Shown here: in pieces, positions 48,401-56,963 of the stretch
Numbering within the stretch: position 1 is the first letter of the stretch
Layout of the letters: every line of letters starts with the position of its first letter
Origin: a virus
Direction: 5' to 3' (one strand)
Virus record (IMG/VR): IMGVR_UViG_3300036985_009306
Coordinates: 32,001 to 96,000 of that record
DNA: 64,000 nucleotides
Notes under the pieces: generated by a model
Database searches by the model: none
What the model saw: the letters and a program-made list of their open reading frames with translations, nothing else
Told to the model about the DNA's origin: nothing
Made by a program: the position numbers and the translations under genes

Positions 48401-51400
48401 ACTTTTCAGATGACAGATTATTTTAATCCTTTTTTGCCAAATCAATTTGATGGGGCTCCTAAAGCACCTGATTATACTGTTGATGAATATTCTGCATTAT
48501 TATATGAGCAATTAATTTTGGGATTAGAAAGTCCTATATTGGTTGCATTGCAAAATGAACTTACTCTTAACAATAATGAAGTTTTATTAGATGGATGGGA
48601 AAGTATTGCAAATATAGAATTTTTTAAGACACAACAAGAAGACACTGCTTTAAGATATCAAAAAGGTGCATATGTAAGTCATATTAGCGAAAATGATTCT
48701 GTTACAACAAATATAGATACAGCTTTAGCAAATTTAACCCCTAATTTTAATAATTTGACTTCATTAGAAACGCATATTTTATTGCACTCTCATGCGGCAA
48801 TATTAAATCTAACTCAATATTTACAATCATTTTCTGTTTCGCCTGTTACGATAGTTGCAGGAGCAGGTTCTAAGATTTACAACAATCCTCCTATATTAGT
48901 TTCTTATGAAAATGTTTTAAAACAAATTACTGGTAGATGGAATCTACCTTATCTATTTTGTTCATCTACAACTTTTACGCCCGATATTGTAATATCTACT
49001 CTTACAAATAATAGAGATGGTGTTGAAGGATATAGTTATTCAGGGCAAACACCAAGTGGATCATTTTTTATTACTGACGACACTAATGCTGTTGTGACAG
49101 GAACTACAACAGGACCATTTGATTTGTCTGTTTCTAATACTTTATTATTTGAAATTGATGGAGGAGGTGCTCAAACTGCAGAAGCTACTGCAACAGCAGG
49201 GTATACGCAAAGTAGATCTGCTGCTACATCAGGGTTTGTTATTAAAGCAAATACAAATGATTGGATAGATTTTAAAGAAGCTATAACAGAATTACATGCT
49301 CAAATTTCACCAGGAGTTTATGATGTTGCAAGTTTGACAACTGAAATACAAAACAAAATGAATGCAGCAGGAACTTATATATATTCTGTTTCTTATGCAG
49401 CAAATACTTTTGCTATAACAACAACATCTATTTTTCAATTGTTATTTCTTACTGGAGTTCATAATTCGACAAGTATTGCTTATACAATGGGGTACAGTAT
49501 TTTAGATCATTCTGGATCTTTAGTTTATATTGCAGAAGGTTTTTCAATATTTCCTGTCATTACTGGAGTAAATGATACTTTTATTACTTCGATTAATGGG
49601 AGTTCTAGTTCAATAGTCACAATTTCTCAGGGAAGATATAATTCATCTGGTTTGATAATTGAGATGACAAACAAAATTGGTTTACAAATTCCAGTCGGAC
49701 AATTTAACATAACATATTCTTCAGATTTGTTTGTAATTACTTCTACAATTCGAGGTACTGTATCTGTAGTGGAAGTTTATGAAGGGACAAATGATTTTCT
49801 TAGAACAATAAAATTGGATGCCGATGTTCCAGTTCATGGTACGGGTAATGTAGCAAATGTTGCTACAGTTTCTGTAGATGAATTTGTAAGTATTTTAAGC
49901 GTATTGTCTGGGTTTACTGTTTCAAATAGTTCTAATCATATAAAAATGCAAACAAATTCAATATTAGGTTCTTTAAGTTCGATTGAATTCACAGGTGGAT
50001 CGGCTATAGCTATTCTTGGATTTGTTGTAGGAACAACAACAGGTATAGATGCCAACAATAGATTGAAGGTTGATATAGATGGTGATTTGTCTAAACCGGA
50101 CATAATATTAACTACAGGTACTCTTACTGGTTCACAGATTGCGTCTGATATTCAGACAAAACTTCAGGTGATTGGTAGTGGAGGATATGCTGCATCTATA
50201 TGTACTTGGAATGAGACGACTGTATGGGCTAGTTTTACTAATGCTTTTAGAATTGTATCAGGAACAAGAGGAATTTCTTCTACAGTAAATGTAAGTAGTG
50301 GTTCAGCAATTCCGGTGTTGAAGTTTGATACTCAGACTATAGTGAATGGACAAATTGTTGTTGATATACAAGCAACTTTAGATAGTACAAGTTTTAAATC
50401 AGTTTTGTCATTAGGTAATTCAACGACTAGAATGGATTTGAATTTTAATATTGCTGTTGCTCCATATAATAAAGTTGTCAATTTAGTTGATGCAATTAAT
50501 ACATCACCTTTTTATTCTGATGCTACTTTGACTAAAGCAAATTTAATTTCTAGAATAGCTGAACCATATAGAATAGAAAATGTTGATACTTTAATTGTTA
50601 CTGCAAATGGTGAAGCACCGCAGACTTTAACTTTTCATGCAGTTCATGGAACATCTGTTTCAGGAAGTGGCGGTCATACAAGAATTTATAGTTCTAATAA
50701 TAGAATAGGGATTAGTTTAAATGGTTATACTAGAATTGAGATCACAATTGGAGCTCAACTTTCTGCTTATGATATTGCAATAAATATTCAATTACAGGTA
50801 AGATCAATTATAGTACCAAATGATAGTGAATTGCAAGCTGCATATTCTCAATTTACTTGTAGTTATGTAGGAACAAGGTATTATTTAACTTCTGGGACTG
50901 GAGGAACAGGATCATCTGTTGTAATTACAGATGCATTATCAAACAATGCTGCAGTAGATTTGAAACTTGGTGTTATGAATGGAGGATATGAAGATCCAGG
51001 TTCAGGTAATTTTGTAAATAGTTCTTTTGTTACTAAATCTGAGTTAGAATCCATAATATATGGATCAGGTTTTGAATGTGATTTGACAAGTGATGATTAT
51101 TTGAAGATTCAAAGTTCTACTACTGATGATACTTCTAGAATTCAGATAGCAGGTACAGCAAAATCTAAATTAGGTTTTGATTTAAATGATGATTCTTATC
51201 CTTCTTCAGATTTTAGCAATCTAGATACTTCACAACTTATGCAATTTGCAGATCAAAGCATTATGTCTCCCATAATGTATAAAGTTAGAATTGGATTTTT
51301 ATCTGGATTAGGTAGCATTAATGTCACTTATTATACTACAGATAATTCTCAAATTACTGCAAGATTACCTATAATTTCTAGTAGGTTACCTACAATTCCT

Positions 51401-51616
51401 GCAAGGTTAGCTCAGATAACTGCAAGGGCTAATACAATTGTCAGTGCATTGACTCCTACTCTTTATAATTCTAGAAAGAGTCCTGTGACTGTACGTTCAA
51501 ATAAAAAGACAGGAAGTTATGTGCAAGTAGGAAATAAACTTAATCAACAAGATAATAATCAGAGTGCAATAAGTACTAATAATGGTCTTATATCTACAAT
51601 AAACTCTATGTTGTAA
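45443..51616 (+). CDS. Giant (2057 aa) multidomain baseplate/fibre-like structural protein
   Basis: S/T/G-rich beta domains; repeated L.V.IDG...I...S.IQ..L...G and Y.VDY.TG.ITF units; located in the baseplate cluster. Confidence 0.7.
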   Translation: MSTLLTQSDQNILEDSKQNTQDQNQSIQQSSVTITTEIASLLLVDVPFKKQLDPIHVNIFAFEEELRRLNGTSIIQPLQEKGFTISDTSSNFARLYINNGRLIITENTILPVSVVLTIDVGLKILNVGPSLSLSVGQFIVIAYDFYNQMQGEIVAYNSSTGSLSVNVITITGSGTYSTWSIYTQIFNGPLFPMRGYSRSRFAGTQQTGTITNLSTTISGLTSTAKLRSTGIIKTAGSFVIGANYIIVFIGSTDFTLIGASSNAVGVTFTATGVGSGTGTATTNPGQFVSGTGIPKNAFIMSIASSTSIIISQPCTTSGSITITFGSDFDIWSRDRYGATTSSKQTGSPYIIDKYHKKLKVTFDGVTTVEIDLSNLISIDQVDEVVISNTLGTETAVQLKYFPVISSTDSISLSLSSFVLIDKAQYMVDYNTGIITFLQAIRSGFKMTADYENLDGTYSETVFENTTGAETVAQLTHIPMFGSIVTLTTTFITINLVRGTDYNIDYSTGYVTLLTPIVDNVQMLASYENSANVLPSSLASSIQLLIQNSDPSLEKIACVFNISINTFTIISGSGPSASVQVVPCSDLIVGEIDLMNYLGFDQQFMIQGKYQNNLLNVAIDATLAGNFVVDAKYTIVSIGTTDFTSIGASSNTVGLIFTATGMGSGTGVAATSSQISEIKISDFRRCFQDANLGYDNDDLGYDWSGGLDKPLGYIGANKVGPLFCSGISNGKDVAKSIEAQLRMVGSGGFINAKVSYFTRDNIFIIYSGTMGPNSSVHVIPASDSDRDAMNLVGYVFPPVFPEEERGNEQYYNTLRDLYDKLATVSHIQVSGLNNPSTLSHSILYQQLNGVNISSSFNDNVDLTTTLIYDYGSRGLPRLYPNGKLVIDSSNNMINFFETTDIELAVTIASGTYTSEHDVATVIQSALGSGYTCTYSSQQKKFTIAKNTGSFGLLFQTGANALTGIGNYIGFNTSDKTLATSFTSDFQVTFQMTDYFNPFLPNQFDGAPKAPDYTVDEYSALLYEQLILGLESPILVALQNELTLNNNEVLLDGWESIANIEFFKTQQEDTALRYQKGAYVSHISENDSVTTNIDTALANLTPNFNNLTSLETHILLHSHAAILNLTQYLQSFSVSPVTIVAGAGSKIYNNPPILVSYENVLKQITGRWNLPYLFCSSTTFTPDIVISTLTNNRDGVEGYSYSGQTPSGSFFITDDTNAVVTGTTTGPFDLSVSNTLLFEIDGGGAQTAEATATAGYTQSRSAATSGFVIKANTNDWIDFKEAITELHAQISPGVYDVASLTTEIQNKMNAAGTYIYSVSYAANTFAITTTSIFQLLFLTGVHNSTSIAYTMGYSILDHSGSLVYIAEGFSIFPVITGVNDTFITSINGSSSSIVTISQGRYNSSGLIIEMTNKIGLQIPVGQFNITYSSDLFVITSTIRGTVSVVEVYEGTNDFLRTIKLDADVPVHGTGNVANVATVSVDEFVSILSVLSGFTVSNSSNHIKMQTNSILGSLSSIEFTGGSAIAILGFVVGTTTGIDANNRLKVDIDGDLSKPDIILTTGTLTGSQIASDIQTKLQVIGSGGYAASICTWNETTVWASFTNAFRIVSGTRGISSTVNVSSGSAIPVLKFDTQTIVNGQIVVDIQATLDSTSFKSVLSLGNSTTRMDLNFNIAVAPYNKVVNLVDAINTSPFYSDATLTKANLISRIAEPYRIENVDTLIVTANGEAPQTLTFHAVHGTSVSGSGGHTRIYSSNNRIGISLNGYTRIEITIGAQLSAYDIAINIQLQVRSIIVPNDSELQAAYSQFTCSYVGTRYYLTSGTGGTGSSVVITDALSNNAAVDLKLGVMNGGYEDPGSGNFVNSSFVTKSELESIIYGSGFECDLTSDDYLKIQSSTTDDTSRIQIAGTAKSKLGFDLNDDSYPSSDFSNLDTSQLMQFADQSIMSPIMYKVRIGFLSGLGSINVTYYTTDNSQITARLPIISSRLPTIPARLAQITARANTIVSALTPTLYNSRKSPVTVRSNKKTGSYVQVGNKLNQQDNNQSAISTNNGLISTINSML

Positions 51617-51623
51617 GGAAATC

Positions 51624-51845
51624 ATGACTGAAGAATTAAGTTGGAAAAAGAGGACATCAGCCAGATCTGAATTTGTGGATAATTTAGAAAGATTGGTGAA
51701 AAGTGTTGTAATGATAGAAATTAATCAAATTAATTCAAAGATTGAAAGTTTGTGTGCTATGGGAGTTATAAAAGATGATGTTCAAGTACGAGAATTAAGA
51801 GAAAAAATAAAACAACTACAGACAGGAATGCAACATGGCAAATAA
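51624..51845 (+). CDS. Small hypothetical protein
   Basis: 73 aa; AAGGA SD. Confidence 0.55.
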   Translation: MTEELSWKKRTSARSEFVDNLERLVKSVVMIEINQINSKIESLCAMGVIKDDVQVRELREKIKQLQTGMQHGK

Positions 51846-54309
51846 TTTGACATGGAGTAAGATTGATACATCTCAGTGGATACCCAATGAAGTAAAAGCA
51901 TTAGCAAAATCTGTAGGACAAGTTCTACCTCCTTTGATTACTGCTTTAAATTTTACAACACAGATATTGAACATCATAAAGATTTTTATTGTCAATATTG
52001 ATGATGCAATGAAAATCTTACTTAACCAGATTAAAGCACTTATTGACAATTTTATAGCAAGTTTAGAAGCAACAGGTATTTATGTTCTGTATGTGCTACC
52101 TAAAGCAGGGGTAAACCCTCAGTCCAATCCTGAATATTTTTTAGATTTGCCCAAAGAGAATTTCAACATTTTTGATCCTAATAAACCAACTTGGTTTGAT
52201 GGTGTTAAAGGAGGATATTCTTCATTTGTTGCTAAAGTCGTAAATTCATTTGACGATCCAGGAGATAGTAACAGGCCTCAATTTCCTTCTAGTGCAATGT
52301 TAGGTGGCTATGTAATGATGTTTGATTCAGGAACTATAGGACCAGATGACATAGCTAATTTTGTTGCTTCAATACAAAAATTGATGAGATTGTTTAGATC
52401 GCCATTTAGAATTGCTTTTGAGCCACCATCTAATGTCACAACTTTTGCAGCAAATTCATCTGTGAGAGTAACATTTACTCCAAGTGATTCTATTATACCA
52501 AAAGAATATTTTATTTTTAGAAGTGAGATTCAAGGCGGCTATACTGTAACAGATAGTTCTGGAAATGGATATAGAGATGAATCGGGTAGACCTATTCGTT
52601 CTTGGAAATTAGTAGGAATTACAAATGTTGCATTGCAATTAGCCGAAATTATGAAAGTTAGTACAAGTCAGGCAACAACATGGTTGCAGCAAGCAACTTT
52701 TTCAGCTCAAGCATTGTCAACAGCAGTTTTGGGAGGTGACCCATTAAGGTTTGTTTTTGAAGATGATAATGTTCAGAATGATACTTCTTATTTTTATGTT
52801 ATTGCAGGTGGCTATACATCTTTAACAGTACATTCTCCTTCTGATTATCAATCTATAATAACTCAGGATAGAACAAAACTAATCAATTTAAAAGATGCAG
52901 GTACTGATTCAATGGGCGTTTATACTTCAGATTTTGATAAGAAGATAAATATTTTAGGTGTTGAAGAAGACATAATTCCTATTTCAAAGACAAAAATAGT
53001 AGCTGTAGGTAGTTTAAGTTCTGAAGTTTCTGCAAAACCAACAAATATTACTTTAGAAGTTAATGGGGGATTGGCAAGATGTAGAAATTACAGATGCGGA
53101 TTTGACATCGAACAAACAGAAGTTTTTACTATAACTCAAGTCATAAGTGATTCAAATCCATTACTTTATACTTTACTAGACAAACCTATAGCAGGTTCTG
53201 TTAGTATTAAGAAAAAAAGAGACAATGTAACTACGTCAGTAGATTCTACAGAGTATAGAGTTGATTATTCTTCTAATATTATTTATGTGAAGTCTATCTA
53301 TTATTTTCAATTGAATGATGTATTGACAATAACTTATTTAACTAAACATGAATTGAATGAAAAACAAGCTTCTGAGTCTGGTGCTCTTGGAAGTGATTTA
53401 ACATATTTGACTCAAAATAAACCTATAGATGCAGGATCAGTTCAAGTTTTTTTTGCTTCACCTGGATTGCAACCTGTTTCGTCTTCAAAAGTGACTGTGT
53501 TGAATGATAAGGATGGAAAGATAAAGGTGTCAGGTTATAGTTCAGGAACAATATTGACATTTAAGTATCAATATTTTACAGATTTTGCTAATAAGAACTT
53601 TTTTTCATGTATTAGACCAGAATTTAGTAGATATTTCTTTGATATAAAAAAGTGTGATGCAGGTTCTACTTTGTGTACTGGTTATGATAATGTTAATTGT
53701 GTTTATAATACAGGGGCGGCATGTACGAATTCTGGTAAGTCTCAGAGATTAGTATTTGGATCGGATAATTATTTTGATCCAGAGGATATTCCTTTTAGTG
53801 AGTTTTGGGATCCAATTTCATGTCAAAATGGAATAATGCAACAGAGATGTGATGGGTATAATAAATTTTCTAAAATACATCCACGATATCCTAAAAAAAC
53901 ATGGCCTGATTGGTCTGCTTATAAACTTGGTGTTTTGGAAATGTTTCCTAAAATTAAAGAAACTGTAGACATAATGAATACTTTGATTGATTCTTTGTTA
54001 AAAGGTACGGATAAAATGGATTCTGCAATATTGACTTTTATTAATTTATTGCAAAAAAAGGTTGATAGTTTGAAGCTGTTTATTGAACTTATAGATTCAT
54101 ATATAAAAATACTTGAAAATGATTTTTCTCTTCCAAATCTTTATTTTTTACAAATACCGTTTGCTGAAGGTGGAAATGAATATATTAAAACTAGTATAAA
54201 AAATGCTATAAATGGACCTATTCCTGACTCTACTTCTTATACTGCGGGAATAGTTTTAGTGTATGGAACTCCAGGCATAGGAGATGCTCTGAAAATCTTT
54301 TTTAGATAG
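51835..54309 (+). CDS. Baseplate-region structural protein with Cys-rich insert
   Basis: Helical N- and C-termini flanking beta domains; 9 Cys between about 53074 and 53855. Confidence 0.6.
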   Translation: MANNLTWSKIDTSQWIPNEVKALAKSVGQVLPPLITALNFTTQILNIIKIFIVNIDDAMKILLNQIKALIDNFIASLEATGIYVLYVLPKAGVNPQSNPEYFLDLPKENFNIFDPNKPTWFDGVKGGYSSFVAKVVNSFDDPGDSNRPQFPSSAMLGGYVMMFDSGTIGPDDIANFVASIQKLMRLFRSPFRIAFEPPSNVTTFAANSSVRVTFTPSDSIIPKEYFIFRSEIQGGYTVTDSSGNGYRDESGRPIRSWKLVGITNVALQLAEIMKVSTSQATTWLQQATFSAQALSTAVLGGDPLRFVFEDDNVQNDTSYFYVIAGGYTSLTVHSPSDYQSIITQDRTKLINLKDAGTDSMGVYTSDFDKKINILGVEEDIIPISKTKIVAVGSLSSEVSAKPTNITLEVNGGLARCRNYRCGFDIEQTEVFTITQVISDSNPLLYTLLDKPIAGSVSIKKKRDNVTTSVDSTEYRVDYSSNIIYVKSIYYFQLNDVLTITYLTKHELNEKQASESGALGSDLTYLTQNKPIDAGSVQVFFASPGLQPVSSSKVTVLNDKDGKIKVSGYSSGTILTFKYQYFTDFANKNFFSCIRPEFSRYFFDIKKCDAGSTLCTGYDNVNCVYNTGAACTNSGKSQRLVFGSDNYFDPEDIPFSEFWDPISCQNGIMQQRCDGYNKFSKIHPRYPKKTWPDWSAYKLGVLEMFPKIKETVDIMNTLIDSLLKGTDKMDSAILTFINLLQKKVDSLKLFIELIDSYIKILENDFSLPNLYFLQIPFAEGGNEYIKTSIKNAINGPIPDSTSYTAGIVLVYGTPGIGDALKIFFR

Positions 54310-54351
54310 CTTTTTCTATAGTTTTTATTTATTTCTAAATTATACACCATT

Positions 54352-54420
54352 AAGACTACATATCTTCAAAGATATTCATTGACCTTTTGTAGTCGAGGGA
54401 GAATATCTAGCTTCCTTTTT
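54352..54420. ncRNA. Candidate pseudoknot RNA motif, copy B
   Basis: GACTACA(54354-60)/TGTAGTC(54388-94) crossed by AGATATTC(54370-77)/GAATATCT(54401-08). Confidence 0.6.
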
Positions 54421-54500
54421 TCTATAATTTTTATAGTTATGTATAAATAGACACAATCCCATTAATTGTTAATCAATTATAAACAAAAGGATTTGTTAAC

Positions 54501-55022
54501 TTGGCTTTCAATTTTTTAGGAACATTAAGTTCACCTCAACTTCAAGATTTAAGAAGTTTTCTTGAAGAGCAAATAGTAGATATTAATGAAGAGATTAACT
54601 ATCTATATGTAGAAATGAATAATCTAAGACAGACGTTGTCATATTTTTCTACAGCAGATAATTTTTTTGGAGGAAGTGCTTCTAATGTTCTTTATGAAAC
54701 ACAACTTCATGATTTAGTTAAAGTTACAAAACAAGATGATAGTGTTTCAGCAGATTTAATGTCGCAAGTAAAACAGCCATTTATATCTACAATAAAGTAT
54801 AAAAGAGAGAGAAATGAATATAAAATGAAGAAATTGCTTGATGCAATAGAACAATCTAAAGAAATGATAGATAGAAAATCTGCTGCAAAAACAGAAACAA
54901 AATCATTTTTAGATCAAATAGAGCGTATGATTGCAGATGATAATAATAATATTTTGTTTCCTTCTGAACAAGCCAGAAAAGATTTTGCTAAAGGTGTCGT
55001 TAAAACAGAGTCTAAAACATAA
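54501..55022 (+). CDS. Coiled-coil hypothetical protein (baseplate region)
   Basis: TTG start with AAAGGA SD; heptad pattern. Confidence 0.6.
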   Translation: MAFNFLGTLSSPQLQDLRSFLEEQIVDINEEINYLYVEMNNLRQTLSYFSTADNFFGGSASNVLYETQLHDLVKVTKQDDSVSADLMSQVKQPFISTIKYKRERNEYKMKKLLDAIEQSKEMIDRKSAAKTETKSFLDQIERMIADDNNNILFPSEQARKDFAKGVVKTESKT

Positions 55023-56944
55023 TGTCATATGAATTTTTATTGAAAAAAGTTTGTGATAACAAAGTTATTTGGGATGATCATATTGTCGAAGACGATAACA
55101 AAACTGTTGTTATCAATGTGCCTCTTATTAATCAAGATGTTGTTGTTAGAATTAATGATTTTGAGAGACCTAGAGATTTTCTAAATGAAATTTTATTAAG
55201 AGAGGATATTTCTTCTCAAGTAACAGGGAGCAATAGAACTTTTTTTGTTTCTCAAGGTCCAATTTATAATGGTCTAAAATTAGGTCAGTTAGCAACTCGA
55301 TTTCAAGATGTGGTTGTTAAAGTAAAAGTTACAAATGAAGATGTGTCAGAACAATTTACAGGTGTTGAGAATTATTTCTTTACTCAAAGTCGACCTTTGA
55401 TGAAATCTAATAGTTATGATTTTAATAGTTTTATAGATGTAAATGATTTTCAGATAACTAAAAATGGTCGACCTTATTCTCCTGGTTTTGCTACTTCTCC
55501 TAAAAGTTGTACTGATATTGAAGTGTTAATTGAAACTTATAGTCTTATTGCAGGAGATTATTTTTATATAGATGGTAGTGATACAACAAATCAAACACTT
55601 GAACTTATAAAAGGGAATACTCTTGCAAATTATGATTCATTTCAAGTAGATAGTAGTCAGAAACAACTTGGACTTTCTATTATTCCTTCTACTTATGCTT
55701 CTATTTCTTCTCTTATTTCAATTAATAATCTTAATGTAGGTGACAAATTTTATACTTCGGATGATTCGGATACTGCAATTCCTTCTCTTGCTATAGCAAA
55801 AGCTTTTTTAACTACTATTCCACTTGCTACTAATGATTCATTCGAAGTTGGAATGGGAAATACGATAATTTATTTGGCACAGACAGTAAGATATAGCGCA
55901 ACAAGAATAGAAAGTTTTGATGCTATAACAGGTAGAATTAGTTTCAAAGAAAAGCCAATAATAAGTGATGTTATTACAATCACATATTTTTATCAAGCAC
56001 AGATAACTAATGTTAATGCTTTACAAAGCAATGTAACTATAAAGCAACTTGTTCAAGTAGGACAAGATGTCAAAATTTCTTATTTTAGTCAACAAAGTGA
56101 TGGATGGTATTTAAAAAATTCTACAAAAGCTGTAATTCCAGGATCACAAGATGTTGTTTTTCGGTCTAATAAGAAAACTAATAGAAAGTTTGTTGAGAAT
56201 GAAGTTGTTCAAGGTTCGCTTGGAACAACTAACTTTACAGGATCAGAGAGAACATTTTTTACAAAATATTTTCCTTTATTACCATTATTTCAGACATTTG
56301 AGTCTACATCAAATAATACACTTAATAATGCTGTTATAGTAACTATTAATGGAGCAATATATCCTGTAGCAGGAGTGAATTCTGCTACAGGTGAGATTAC
56401 TTTGTATCAATATCCAAAACCTACTGATATTATTTTGATTTCGTATTATTATCAAACTGATTTGATATCAGATAGAATTTCTTTAGATTACTATGTTAAT
56501 TCTACTTATTGTGATAAATGTTCAGATTATACAGATCTCATTGATTATACAATAGATCAACTTGGACAGTATAAAACTATAAAAGATTCAGACAAACTTA
56601 TTCAAGATCTTAAAAAGATAATAATAACAGTTTTGGGAAGTGATCCAGTAGCAACATGGTATGGAACAGATTTTGCAGCAATGATAGGTACTAAGATTTT
56701 CCCGGAAATAACTAAGACAAAAATTTTAAATGAGATTGTAACTGTATTATCTAAATTAAAATCAGCTCAAATACAACAAGAAGAGTATCAAACAGTGACA
56801 AATCTAGAATTCTTGAACACTATTAAGAGTACAAGTATTACACAGAGTACATCGGATCCTTCTTATTTTACTGTTAATGTTAATATTACTACACAAGCGA
56901 ATACAGTAGTTCCAGTATCAAATGTACCTATTCAGATATCATGA
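55022..56944 (+). CDS. Baseplate wedge gp25/gpW-like protein with N-terminal sheath-type insertion domains
   Basis: C-terminal KLIQDLKKIIIT.LGSDP..TWYGT.F...IG...L..I..I...D.....V.I.T gp25-like block; precedes the J-like gene. Confidence 0.7.
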   Translation: MSYEFLLKKVCDNKVIWDDHIVEDDNKTVVINVPLINQDVVVRINDFERPRDFLNEILLREDISSQVTGSNRTFFVSQGPIYNGLKLGQLATRFQDVVVKVKVTNEDVSEQFTGVENYFFTQSRPLMKSNSYDFNSFIDVNDFQITKNGRPYSPGFATSPKSCTDIEVLIETYSLIAGDYFYIDGSDTTNQTLELIKGNTLANYDSFQVDSSQKQLGLSIIPSTYASISSLISINNLNVGDKFYTSDDSDTAIPSLAIAKAFLTTIPLATNDSFEVGMGNTIIYLAQTVRYSATRIESFDAITGRISFKEKPIISDVITITYFYQAQITNVNALQSNVTIKQLVQVGQDVKISYFSQQSDGWYLKNSTKAVIPGSQDVVFRSNKKTNRKFVENEVVQGSLGTTNFTGSERTFFTKYFPLLPLFQTFESTSNNTLNNAVIVTINGAIYPVAGVNSATGEITLYQYPKPTDIILISYYYQTDLISDRISLDYYVNSTYCDKCSDYTDLIDYTIDQLGQYKTIKDSDKLIQDLKKIIITVLGSDPVATWYGTDFAAMIGTKIFPEITKTKILNEIVTVLSKLKSAQIQQEEYQTVTNLEFLNTIKSTSITQSTSDPSYFTVNVNITTQANTVVPVSNVPIQIS

Positions 56945-56963
56945 TAATGAAAAGGATAATTAA

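Noticed and set aside
56151-56339. 62-aa + strand ORF inside the gp25-like gene
   Set aside because: Out-of-frame overlap with a well-supported gene; no SD or motif.
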